From Anthoceros angustus (Eukaryota > Plantae > Anthocerotophyta), in the NCBI GenBank assembly GCA_010909165.1, contig VJWM01000068.1:806001-870000 (forward strand): a stretch of 64,000 bases of DNA, written 5' to 3'. Positions 45,600-57,783 of this stretch are shown here, piece after piece. Numbering within the stretch: position 1 is the stretch's first letter; every line of letters starts with the position of its first letter. The notes under the pieces are model-generated. The model saw only the letters and a program-made list of their open reading frames with translations, was not told the DNA's origin and did not search any database. The position numbers were made by a program, and so were the translations under genes.

Positions 45600-47990
45600 A
45601 TGATGGAGGGGATCCTGCTGGGTCATCGGGTGTCCGCCCGAGGGATTGAGGTAGACCAGGATAAGGGCAAGGTCATCTAGTCCCTCCTGCCGCCGACAAA
45701 TTTGAAGGAACTGCGAGGGTTCTTGTGCATGGTAGGCTACTACTGGAGATTCATCAAGGACTTTGCCAAGCAGGCGGCGCCACTCACAGAGTTACTGCGA
45801 AAGGAGGAGGAGTAGGAGTGGTCATTAGATCGGGAAGGGGCGTTTCGGGACTTGCAGAATACAATGATGAGTACACCCGTCCTAAAGGGGCCGGATTGGG
45901 GACGGAGGTTCTATGTGTTTGTGGATATGTCAGCATTTGCCATCGGTGTGGTGTTGAGTCAAAAGAATGACAAATGGAGTTACTACCCTATCTACTACGC
46001 CGGACGACAACTCACCCATGCGGAATGTAAGTACACCACCACGGACTGCGAAATGTTGGGAATGGTGTATGCTGTGAAGAAATTTCGGCACTACCTGTTG
46101 CCCAGTGAATTCGTGTTTTATGTGGACCAATTCGCACTGCAGTACTTGGTAAATAAGGCGGACCTATCTGGAAGGATAGTCCGGTGAATATTGTTGTTGC
46201 AGGTGCTCACGTTCGAGGTGGAGACGAGGCAAGGACGGTAGCATCAAAACGCGGATTTCCTGTCACGGCTGAAGACTGAGCCTATACTTAAGGACCATGA
46301 AGATGCTTTCCTAGATTACACCCTGGTAGCGGTGGTGGGAACGCTACAACAAGACAAACACAGCCGCGCGAATTCCAAGTTACTGAACCCCGAACCTACA
46401 GCAGAAGCAGAGAAGGGGAGTGTCTGTCACGGCAGACCCACACACGGAGAACTAGAGCGATATCTCTGGAAGATGGAAGTGCCAGCTAACCTGACACATA
46501 GCCAGAGGCAGGCCTTCGTACACTACGCTCGCCCTTTCCGGATGTACAATGGATGCTTGTTCAAGATTGGACCGGACGGAGTGGAGCGGCATTATCTGCA
46601 ACCGGAGGAGATATAGGTTGTAGTAAGGGAGATGCACGAGGGAATTGGTGGGAGACATTATGCAGCTCAAGTCACCTCCAAAAAGATTTTGGAAGTTGGG
46701 TACTAGTGCCCCACAATGTATGGAGAGGTGCACCAGTTTGTTAAGAGGTGTGATGCTTGTCGGTGGATCGGAAAGCCAACCCCAGCAACATAATGGCCGT
46801 TGGTGCCTATTTTGGAACTGGTACCCTTCGAAAAGTGGGGAATTGACTTAGTTGGACCCATACAGCCTATGACAAGATACACCCAGAAGAGGTATATCTT
46901 GGTGGCAACAGACTACTGTACCGGGTGGGTAGAGGCAGTGGCGACCTAGACATATTGCGCTAGTACTATGGCAAAATTTATATAAGAGAACATTATCACC
47001 AGGTACGAATATCGTTGCAGGTGGTAAGTGACAGAGGGACCCATTTGCTTAATGATGTGGTGGCCGCCATGACGGAGTACTTTGGAATAAACCATAGGAA
47101 GACGGCACCGTACAACCCTAAGGCAAATGGATTGACAGAGAGAACCAATGGGCTCATTTGTCGGATCTTGAACAAATTAACGGTGAACTATGCTCACGAT
47201 TGGGATACTAAGCTGCTTTCAGGGTTGTGAGCGTTCAGAATGGTGGAGAAGGTAACCAACCAGAGGACACCTTATTACCTTACTTATGTACACTCTCCCA
47301 TTATGCTAGTGGAGTTTGAAGTGCCCACTTTTCGAGTAATGATGGAGGGGCGCCTGTCGAAGGAAGAGAGCCAGTTGGAGTGACTCCTGGAGTTTGTTCA
47401 GCACACGGAGGATAGAGAGGAGGCCTAGCTAAAATGCACCTGGTACAGAACCAGCGCAAGATATGGCACGACCGCAGGCTGTGCAACCAAGAGTATGTGA
47501 AGGAGGGGGACCTAGCCCTCCTTTACGATAGTCATTACATGCATTTTCTACGGAAGCTTCACCTAAGATGGATGGGGCCGTACTAAGTGGTAAAGGTATA
47601 CGAAAACGGGTTTGTCCAATTAAGACAATTGGATGACATGCTTTTATCCACCCGAGTGAACGAGTGGAGGGTGAAAAAGTACTACTCATAGTGTTAGCGG
47701 AGACGCCAACAAATGAGAAGGGGAGTATGTGGACAAGGGATGGATGCTTGACTCCCCTTCGGATCGATTAGCAGGAGGTTTTTCGTTTTTTTTGAGGTTT
47801 TGTGTGGGAAATAAAAAGGTATGCGTGGATAATAAGGCTGATCCAGCCAAGCCTCGGCAGGTCTGATGTAGGTGAGGTCCGGGGGGTCCAGAATGACGGC
47901 ATTAGAGAGAATTGAACTCCGGGTAAATCCGGAGGAGAAGTCTAGAGAACATGATAATTTTTTAAGGGGGGAATATAGTAACCTCCTTCG
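45600..47990 (+). mobile_element. Ty3/gypsy pol remnant (RT end, RNase H, integrase), PPT and start of the 3' LTR at 47728
   Basis: FVDMSAFAIGVVLSQ, YTTTDCEMLGMVYAVKKFRHYL, PFEKWGIDLVGP, VSDRGTH, YNPKANGLTER; GAGAAGGGGAGTA-TGTGG. Same family as 27130-30220; many stops. Confidence 0.9.
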
Positions 47991-48939
47991 GTCGAGACAG
48001 CACCCCCCTTGTCACGATGTACTGTACCCTTGCTGCAACAGCATATCTGCCCTACTTTGATAATACGCACATCCTTTTTGAGGTAATACCTTTGATAAAA
48101 GACGCACTTTCAAGTCTACACCCGAAAACTGGAGCACAGTAGGGTGTGGGCCGATCTGCGTTTTTGTAGAATGCATAGAGGGCTGCCATTTTCATATGTT
48201 TATTACAACCGAAAACTTTTACTTTCAAGTGGTGGAACATAATGAAAACAATCCTATATTAGCGGGAGTCTCATTTCAATGATCGTGAGAACATTACAAT
48301 AAACAACTGCTAAAGGAGGAAGTGGTCATCAACATCGATAATATTCATTCGAGAGTGCGGCCTGGCGACTCATCCATGCCTTGCGCCGAAACTGAGTCAA
48401 GTACCGCCGCCATATTCCGGAGGCGGTCCATATCCTTCGTCTCAAAGTTGTCGTTCTCCTCCATTGCTTGCTCGTCTTCAATAGTATCATTCTTGGGCCC
48501 CGCGTCCGACGATGTCGACTGCCACACAGCATCTAGGGTCTACTGACCCTCATCCAAAAGGTCGCTAGTCGTGGTCTTCAACCGTCTGGCACTCAATGCA
48601 AGCACTTGGGCTTTAAGGCAATGCTAGCGTGCTTAAAATGAACAAAGTTAGTTGCCCATGCGCCCATGCAAGCATCCTTGAAATCAACAAAGTTGAGTTA
48701 TAATGGAGATATGGGTTTCAAACACGGAACCTACCAACGGTCCCAAGTTGCAAGACTATTAAGCCGCTAAATATTCATTTTCTTAAAGAAAGCCTATGAG
48801 GAGCCCATGGCAAGGGCGCCGGCCGGCCGGCGCCCATGGGCAAGGCATGGCGTGTTGGGGGAGGGCGGGGGCGCCGCCCGGCGCCCTCGCTTAGCACCAC
48901 CGTCGGTGCATGCGGGTGAAGCTAGGGGGAGGGGGACAA

Positions 48940-49778
48940 GAAGGGAACGACAGGTATGCGATCACCGATGGAAGGTGTGGCCTATTTGCAGGAAGGGTTA
49001 AAAGATTTGCGTCCATGGGTGATTGTTGAAGAGTACAAGTGGCGGGAAGCCTTTTAAGTGGACCGGGAAGAGATTGCTATCATTGTGGAGAAAAACATTA
49101 GGCTAGTGCTACAGCGTCCTTGGAAGTGGTTTTTCACGTGCAGAAGTGGATCATACAGCCTGACCACTTCAAGTGTCGGATGAAGCTTTGCTAGATAAGG
49201 CATTATTGAGGGACCTCCCACAACGCGATATGTACTTGGGGGCATATCAAAATGTCGGAAGGCAAAAGTGGGAATGACACGGATGAACGGGGATATAATG
49301 AAAATCTTGAAGGGGATGTTTCTGGCAGTGCCGTGCACTATGGACACGTATAACAGGTCATTCTGGATTGGGGAGAGTCATTGACGCGAAGCTAGATGAA
49401 CCACGACCTCACTTTCTTATCCACTGGTATCGGACCGAGCACACAGATGCATACGAAGGGAGATATGTGTAGGAATACATCGTCCGTCAGAGTGCCAATC
49501 CATCTGGTCTAATGCCGAGGGAAAAAGGGAATAAGGTCCATTACCCAAAAAACATACATGAGGTGTTTGTGAATGAAACAGCCATCCTGTATTATGGGTT
49601 TGTGTTGAACGCACGGAAACATGTGTATGCGGTGGACAAAAAAGCGATAAGGGATAAACTCTGCGAATTGCGCGGCTGCTTACAGCCTGTGAGTCAAAGT
49701 GCCACTGAAGATAGTGATGACAATGCTGGAGAAGCTGAACCAAGTGATGGCGAAGGATTGAACTCTAATAATGAGTGA
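48940..49778 (+). pseudogene. Decayed intronless ORF, probably the C-terminus of a DNA-transposon protein
   Basis: One long frame with several stops: KGMFLAVP...RSFWIGRVI...FLIHWY...EGRY...ILYYGFVLN...KKAIR plus an acidic tail. It lies among TE debris. Family not identified. Confidence 0.4.
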
Positions 49779-51873
49779 AACTGAAATCACGGTTTGTCCC
49801 GGGGTCCCAGAGTGAATGTTGTATGTCTGGATTCCAATTGTTACTGTGTTTTGGAAATACCCTGTCCGTGGCTTTTGTTGTGTCCTTACTAAACCATATT
49901 TTCCTCCCAAAGCGAATTCTGATCGTCCCTTCCGGAGAACGGCCTTCACGTTCCTACTTTGCATTAATCCCATAGGTTCGAGTTTGCAACCACCATTCGT
50001 GAAACATTCTTTGGATGGAAAGTAGGAACTTTAGTAGGTGACACCCTTTTTTTCGGAGATGTTTTCCGGAATGCCTTAAAAACGCTGTTTTAGGGCCCAT
50101 CAAAAACCCCCCTTCAGAGATTATTTACGGAAAACCTCGTTCGAGATTATTCACCCCCTTCAAAAATTATGATGTTAGAGGAGGGCTTGGGAGGTCCGAC
50201 GGTGTGGGGCGTAATTTAGGAAGGGTGATATGTGGACGGTGGTAGGGGATCGTCTGACATGCAGCGAACCAGAATCCCAGAATTGTCAGCAACGGTTATA
50301 GGCAGGTAGTCACGACTCGAGGACATGCGCAAAAAAGGCGGCAGGCGTGAAGCTGCGGTACAAGATGCAGAAAGGTGGCAATGACTGGCAACGAAAGGAC
50401 GTCTTCCTGCACGTCGAATATGCCCGCCGCACTATAACTGAGAGAAGAACACCCTCCGACACGGCATCTTAGCAGTTTTCTCAGTCTCTCGCGCTTAGAT
50501 ACCCAGCCTTCTAGCGCTCCTTCTTCCACAACTCGAGCGCACTGTTCTGGAGAACCCGCCACGGCTCGGCGCACTATTTCCCTCGAAGCTTAAGGACCCG
50601 ACGATTTGCGACGAGTTGCGACAACGCCGGGACTTTGGAGCCTCATATATCTACTCATAATGCTTGGCTTGCAGAGTTCTTCATTTTTTTAAAGAGAGTA
50701 GATTTCCTTGAAACCATCTCTTAAAATATTTTTATAATAGTAATAATCTTGTTATCATATATTTGCTCTATGATACATATGATCTTGTTCGAACGGTGTA
50801 CATACCTATACATACTTAGAACTTTTGATCCGACCCCGTTCCTTCATTCCAGCCCTTTCCTTCATTCCAGCTCATTTGATTTTGAGATGAAGAATAGGAA
50901 ATGGTACGAGAGGATAGAGATTGAAATCGGAATGGCTCATGGCTTGTACTTCGTCGTCCCTGATTTTTGGGCACGCTGAACCTCGCTTGGGGGTTGCTGC
51001 GTGAGGGCAGATTTATCTTGAATTAAAGTTAATTACAGTTTGTACACTCCATTGTGTCCAAGGGAAATGGAGTTTCACGTGTCCGCGACTCGTGAAGTTG
51101 AGGAGGCAACTACGAAAGGTGCTTGTAACCAACCCAGGCCAGACATGTAGGGAGCGTGAAACTTCCGAGGGGGTGATGGGCCCGACTCCCGAAAGCAGAT
51201 TAGCTGGCTCCGACGTGGTAATCAGCGTCATGCACGTGTCCGAATCGATATCCGAAACGAGGCTTTGATTGGGTGTCTCACGGCCCAAAAGAGTCCTATT
51301 CACACCTCACCCAAGCGGGGAGTGACTGGCCGTGTTCCAAGGCCTCGCCTACCTCGCGTCACAGATAAAGATCCGCCGCCGAATCTTTTGCGTGGCTGTG
51401 CATTCTTCGGGCCTTCTTTTATTCCGCCGTGGCTTTACCCGGCCTCCAGGTTCCGTGGACCAGGTTGCTCCTCACGACCCGGTTTCACTTTTTCACCGTG
51501 CCGCTCCATCGCTTGGCTCTCCTTCGCCGCGGTTAGTACCTCTCCAATAAGGCTCCCGCCTGCCTCCTTCGTATCCTTTTCCTCCTCCCTCTGCCACCGC
51601 TGCGTCTGCTTCCGAGCTCCCTCTGTCTCACTGATTGCGCCGCGACCTACTGCTGCTGCTGATGCCGCTGATGCCGCGCGTGGGAGCAGCAGGTCCGCCT
51701 TCGCTGTGCACCGGGACCGGATTGGAGCTGGAAGCGGACTGCGGGGTGTGGCCCCGGGCGCAGGCGCGCGGAGAGATGTCTCCATGACGGTGGCCTCAGT
51801 GCGGGCAGCGGCCAACTGCGGAAGGGAGGAGGGGGAGGAAGAAGGGAAGGGAGGGAGACGGGGGAGGTAGAGT

Positions 51874-53109
51874 ATGCCGAAGCCATGTGATGCCTGCCAA
51901 GGATCCAACGCCGTGGTGTACTGTCGAGCGGACGCCGCCTACTTGTGCTACGACTGCGACGCCAATGTGCATGGAGCGAACAAGCTGGCGTCGCGGCATG
52001 AGCGGGTGCTTATGTGCGAGGTTTGTGAGCTGGCCCCGGCCGTGGTGACTTGTAAGGCGGATGCGGCCGCGCTGTGCGTGGCCTGCGACACGGACATCCA
52101 CTCGGCTAATCCGCTGGCACGGCGGCACGAGCGGGTGCCCGTGCAGCCGTTCTTGGAGTGTCCGGCTGTGGTGAAGGTGACCTCGGTGCTCAATGAGACG
52201 GAGGTGGACGGGCCTGAATGTCTCCTCAAGGAAGAGGAGGACAGCTCCGTGGCGTCCTGGCTGTTGCCGAACCCCAAGGTGCTTGATGCAGTGCCTCCGC
52301 TTATCAAGTGCGGGGGGCTGGTTGTGGTGGCGGAGGAGGTGATCAACAGCGGCTGTCTTACCTCCACTCCCTTGCTGGTGCCGGAGTTTCATCAGGTGGC
52401 CAAGTCGGAGAAGGAGAAGGCGAGCGGGAAGGCTAAGCATGAGCATCCTGGCGCAGATTTGTTCTCCGATGTCGATCCGTACTTGGACTTGGACTATGCC
52501 TCTGCCATGGGGTCTTTGGGAGCTGACAGCTTGGTTCCCGTCCATCACAGTGACCCGGACGCCCTCTCTCCGACGGAGGGGTCTCATGGCTCTGCTTCCT
52601 TGGAGGCCGAGGTTCCTAGTTCCAAGTCTGGCTACAATTATGCCACCGCGTCCTTGTCTCACAGTGTAAGCAGCGTGACGAATGTCGGATGTGCCTTTGC
52701 GCTCTTCTTGCCGTTGACACTTCGGTTTGAAACTTCTTTTGTTGATTGCTTGTTGTCTGCTTCTCCGCAGATGTCATCGTCGTCCCTTGAAGCTGGAGTG
52801 GTGCCGGACTCCGGCATGAGTGAGATGTCCACGTCTTACGATGGAACTCGAGGTATGTTCGACTTCCCCCCGCGCGTCATTCGCGTTGGCCAGATGGAGC
52901 CGATGGCGCGGGAGGCCAGAGTTTTGAGATACAAGGAGAAGAGAAAGAACCGCAAGTTTGAGAAGACTATCCGGTACGCATCCAGGAAGGCTTATGCTGA
53001 AAGCCGGCCGAGAATAAAGGGCCGGTTCGCCAAGAGGACAGATTCCGACTTAGAGCAAATGTATTCTCTCGTCCCGGACGGGAGCTTCGGGGTTGTTCCT
53101 TCCTTTTAG
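51874..53109 (+). CDS. COL: CONSTANS-like protein (two B-boxes + CCT), intron 52666-52770
   Basis: CDACQ...YCRADAAYLCYDCDANVHGANKLASRHERV; second B-box; CCT REARVLRYKEKRKNRKFEKTIRYASRKAYAESRPRIKGRFAKR; end GVVPSF. Confidence 0.97.
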   Translation: MPKPCDACQGSNAVVYCRADAAYLCYDCDANVHGANKLASRHERVLMCEVCELAPAVVTCKADAAALCVACDTDIHSANPLARRHERVPVQPFLECPAVVKVTSVLNETEVDGPECLLKEEEDSSVASWLLPNPKVLDAVPPLIKCGGLVVVAEEVINSGCLTSTPLLVPEFHQVAKSEKEKASGKAKHEHPGADLFSDVDPYLDLDYASAMGSLGADSLVPVHHSDPDALSPTEGSHGSASLEAEVPSSKSGYNYATASLSHSVSSVTNVGCAFALFLPLTLRFETSFVDCLLSASPQMSSSSLEAGVVPDSGMSEMSTSYDGTRGMFDFPPRVIRVGQMEPMAREARVLRYKEKRKNRKFEKTIRYASRKAYAESRPRIKGRFAKRTDSDLEQMYSLVPDGSFGVVPSF

Positions 53110-53495
53110 GTCCTTCTGATCGGCACCTGAGGTCGTGTCGGGTTTACTGTCCTGGTCTGTAAGTAGCGGCCGATCCTCGATGCCTACCCGATTCCCTCAC
53201 CCGTAAATTCGACATGACGAAGGATTGATCCTGTTTAACCAATAAAACCTTGCCCAACTGCGTTGGGCAGACACCCATGATCTTTTGAGCGATGAGCGCA
53301 GGGTAGGAGGATTCGGTTGCTCCTATTCACAACAGTCGCCAAACTGAAAGCTGATTAAACGACTCATGTACAACCATACACAAGAACCAAAACTGTTGGC
53401 AGGATCTCTCAAAACTCCGACCGCTGTTCCACAGAACCTACAAACTGCTGTCGACAAGCCGACGCTTCCCCTGAACACATCAAGAAGCAAAGCAT

Positions 53496-54648
53496 CTACT
53501 TGTTCTTCATTCGTTTCTGGACGTTCAGCGGAGGTCTCCTTCTCCTGCCTCCCGACTTCTTGACCTTGCCGTAGAGGAGACGATTTGTCAAAGTGTATGT
53601 CGCCAATGCTAGTAGAGACCCAACGATGGCAAGGAGCATCGGGAACCTAAGGAAGAACTGGAAGACGAAGCGGAAGTTAGAGACAAACCCTAGAAGACAA
53701 CCTGCTTTCCATGGACTAAGTACTTTGCACTCCCTCAGTCAAGAATTTGTCACCAACCTGCACAACCTCTGATCTAAGCTGCTGCACCAGTGCTAGAAGG
53801 CGGTCTTGGAAGGAAGCCTCCTTAGGAACAACCTCTGTCGGGAGTGCCTTCCACCCCTCCTATACATCAATCAGGCTGAATGCGTCAGGACCGATCCCTC
53901 ACACCACAGGAATAAAACGAGGACCATGAAAATGTGCTTACTCTGATGAAGATAAGAATGTCATCAGCGTCCCAGTTTCCTGCATATTTGACCATGCTTC
54001 GGTCACGGAAAAGCCTCAGCTGTGGCACAACGTCCACTTCGAAACGCGCGGCCGTCTCTGGACTTTCATCTATGTCTACCTGTAGAAAGCACATAAGTGC
54101 TGCCCCGAAAGCTGGCCCCTCATGCGAGCAGTTCTGAAACCAGAGCTTCAAGCGAAAACCACCGCTAACCTTAGCGAAGATAGGTTGTCCTTCAAGTTCA
54201 GCTGCAGCCCTGATGACAACCTCCTCAGCATTCCTGCTTGAGGAGGAGCCTTTTTTGGTGAAGAGAACGAGCCTGGAAAACCCTACGTCCGTCACAGATT
54301 TCCAAAACAGCAAGCAATCTAAACCATCAAGACACAATCCTCCATGCAGCTGCTCCAGAAGGAAAGGGGTTCCTGATGGAAGAGCAGATACTCCTGCCAT
54401 TAGTCAGAGTTCCACTCAGCATGCTACCAGCTCTCAGCAGAAGAGACTCGATCGCAGCCCAGGAGGTGCAGAAACGTGTACCAGTGACCGGTAGTCTGCC
54501 CTGTCCCAGCCTGAGTGTCGTGCTCAAAATTCTTGTCGGTAAGAAGCCGAAGCTCTTCCTGAGGCCCGTAGGCGCCACAAGCAACCAGGACTGCCGCAAC
54601 CACTGACAGCAACAGAGCTGAGGCTCCACTGCGGTGCCGTGCCGCCAT
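53496..54648 (-). CDS. Signal peptide + single thioredoxin-fold domain + C-terminal TM protein (TMX/PDI-like), no CxxC; 5 exons
   Basis: LTDKNFEHDTQAGTGQTTGHW|LVLFTKKGSSSSR...FAK|VDIDESPETAARFEVDVVPQLRLFR...|EGWKALP...VPKE...|FFLRFPMLLAIVGSLLALATY...KRMKNK*. Confidence 0.85.
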
Positions 54649-56616
54649 AGCCGCTGCTCGTCCAGAAGCTCCGCTACTTTCTCCTCAAGTCATAACCAAA
54701 TAATTTCCCAACTGTTAACCAGATATCAAAATGCGAAGTTTTGTGCGCACAAAACTCTCGCATTTTCTGCTGTCGCTAACCGCGCAAAACGTGCACATAC
54801 ATGTCAGGCTATTTATGAGAATGACATCACTGCTTGAGGTGCCATGTTCGGAACACGAGCACACTCCGCATGTACTGTTTGTGTTTCATCCCCGTTGAAG
54901 GAACATATGGACCTACACTACTCATGTACATATACATGTATGTTCTTGTACATACAGCACAATACACAATGACCATTTATTGCCTGTTTTCAGATTCTAA
55001 CTTACATTGTGTACTAATGAGGCAAAACTCCTCCTCCATAGCCAACAAAGACCATTTGGCTAGGCCATCTCTCATATGTAATATGCAAATGGTGCAGGTT
55101 GTACGTAGCCAGAAATCATTCAAAATTTAGCAAAACGCAAGCCGCGAATGGTTCACGTGCAAAAGCAAGAAGGGAGCAAAAAGCCAAATTTAGAAAGGAG
55201 ACGGAATCGTCATGCCTAACAAGCTACATCAGTAGTCGACAATTATTTTAAGGTTACTGCAAGTATGAGATAGAACATTGCTGCACAGGTGAGTAAATCA
55301 AGGTAGGAATAGTGTCTTGTGCCCCATGGCATAGCCTGTAAAGTTATAAGCAAGTACCCAATTGGTATTAAATTGGAGGCAACTAGCTGAACCACATTGT
55401 GAATAGCTCGTGTACATATCGTGAGAACCATGACAAGAATGCCAACATGCCAAAGTTAGAGAAATTGGAAACCAGTTGCCCGCATGTACTAGAAAATCAA
55501 GAACCAATTTGCAATAATAAATAGGTAACTGCTGATCAGTCATTAGGAGAACAACAAACATGAACCTTTATTGTAAGTGCAGGATGCTGCTAATATGTGC
55601 ATATTAGATACAAGTGTGCAGGAGGAGTAAGGCAAATATAACCAATACTGCCAAACGTACAACAACCAGTTGCTTGCTAAGGTTATCATCACCGGTTTGC
55701 CAATGCATGACCTCCTTCATTAGTTCCACTGAATACTCATAGCCTTTAGAATGTAAGACTTTAGAATGTATCAAACTTTGGAATACTTACTATAAAGAAA
55801 GTGCACAAGAACCATTCAACCAATCTTTGTTAGTGTGATCATGAAAAGCACGAAGGTGATCAACCAACAATAAGGACTTAGAGAAATTTTGTCTAAGTAC
55901 CACACCTTGCGCTTCAATGATTTGCTGAAGTGTCCCAATGTTTGTCATGAATATTTAGCAAAAAAGAAAAAGTTGACTATGAAGGGAAGGAGGAGATAGT
56001 TTGCAACAAGTGTGAGTTAACATAAAGGCTGCAAAGGGGCCACAGGGCTGAAGCATTCAGCAAGAGAGGAGCATGATGGAAGAGTGAAGGAGGAGACCAA
56101 CTTCAAGGGCACTAGAAGAGTGACGTGAGCAAGAGGAGGCAAGCTGCAAAGCTTAAATACTACTAGGGCAAGCTATAGTAAGTATGAACATGGGACATCT
56201 GTTACAAAGATGATTGAGCTAGGAAGGCGGGAAAGATAAGTAGGATCAAACATAATCTTGGTCATTCCATCTTGGGCAACCACTAAATTATGATGGCCAA
56301 TTGTAACGTCATTACATTGTAAGAGCTACTATCTATGTTTGCATCGAATCGATTGCCAACACATTTGGTCATTAAGCCAGCCGTCATGCTGACAGAATCC
56401 TCTGTACCATATATATTTCTGTCAATCAGGACATGGACTCCACTCTGAACAATTTGTGTCGTTATGAACCTTATAGCAAACTTCCTAGTACAGACTTCCT
56501 CATTTGGCGATCAGTCACGATTGAGTATAGCTCCATTATTGGAAATATAGTGTGTATAATTTGAACATGAATTATATGTGACATTGAATGAGGAAGGGCT
56601 TATTTACTGTTGTAGC

Positions 56617-56950
56617 TCAAGATGCTGCGTTCTCCGCGCTTGAAGCCGGCCTGAAAATTGCGTTTGCTAGCGCCGTGTGCAAAGCGATGAATATTCGTTG
56701 TCGGAAGAAAGCCACCACATAGGAAAGAGGGAGACCTACCGTGTTCTTGTAGATGTGGTATGATTTAGCACAAGCCTTGATAAACCTCGAGAAGTCCTTG
56801 CCCATGGCCCCGTGAGTCTCAATAGCGAATGAAAGCACGGCCTTCCTGCATGGCGGTGTTCTTGTGAACCTTGGTTGTAGAGCATTCATCCACCGCCCAA
56901 CTTGAAGGGTTGACGATGATGTTCAGAGACGATGTCCCGAGTAGGGTATA
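56617..56950 (-). mobile_element. Second CRE-like non-LTR endonuclease fragment
   Basis: SFAIETHGAMGKDF...VAFFRQRIFIALHTALANAI is homologous to 25971-26500. Confidence 0.8.
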
Positions 56951-57046
56951 TTACAACCAATTAATATCCCGGACCACAACATTCTCGAAGCAGTAGGTAG
57001 TTTTAAGATGGGCGTGGACCTAGTTCCCTTGGCCTGGTGCCCTCAT

Positions 57047-57092
57047 GAGGGTTGTTCCCCTTCGTCTAAGGGTAGATGGAATTTCCCATCTC
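57047..57092 (+). repeat. Third copy of the CRE-like 3' motif, opposite orientation
   Basis: GGGTTGTTCCCC...GGGTAGATGGAATTTCCCATCTC. Confidence 0.6.
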
Positions 57093-57783
57093 TTTTTCTA
57101 TATAAAGTTTTCATTTTATTAATATTTACTTTTATTATAAAAATCTCTAGGGATAGTACCTAGGATTATTCCATGTCAAATTCAACACTTCCTATCGCCG
57201 GATTGGAATGGTGCACAATTTAAAAGGCGTCAACTATATATATGTATACCTACCTATGCACCAGGTACCTAGTCTTGTTTTCCCACTAAAAGACTATACA
57301 TACTGTAGCAGACTTGCCACATACGGCAAACCGGCAACAAGTGTTGAGGCTGCTCATCTGAAACAAGAGCTTCGCACTTGCAAGTTGCAAGCGACCTCCG
57401 GATTCCAACTGGAGCCCAGGACGGTGTCGTTACCGGTGTCTCGAATCCTGAGGACTTGGCAGCCTCGCGATTTTCTGGAATTGTACCCTTGTGGACGTTC
57501 TGGGTTCAAGAAATTGCTGGGTTGTCCGGGGGCGGACTCGGACGGAGCAGATGCGGAATCTGGGGAAGTGAGAAGAGGCGGGCTGGTAGGACATGTTTGA
57601 GAGGACAGTAAGTAAGGGGCGATGCAATTCGGAGACTTGTGTTGCTGCCTGCTGACGCAGCTTCAGCAATTGGGAACTCATGCCAGAGGGTCCTCGTCCT
57701 CTACAAGTCTGATTCCGATGTTCTCTTCGTCTTCGGAGCTAGGAAGGAGGCTGAAGCAGACGTCGGAGGTTTTGAAAGAAGCA

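Noticed and set aside
51796-52662. 288-aa minus-strand ORF
   Set aside because: It is the antisense shadow of the GC-rich COL exon.
55000-56600. Possible solo LTR or lncRNA
   Set aside because: The composition is LTR-like, but I could not define termini, a TSD, a PBS or a PPT.
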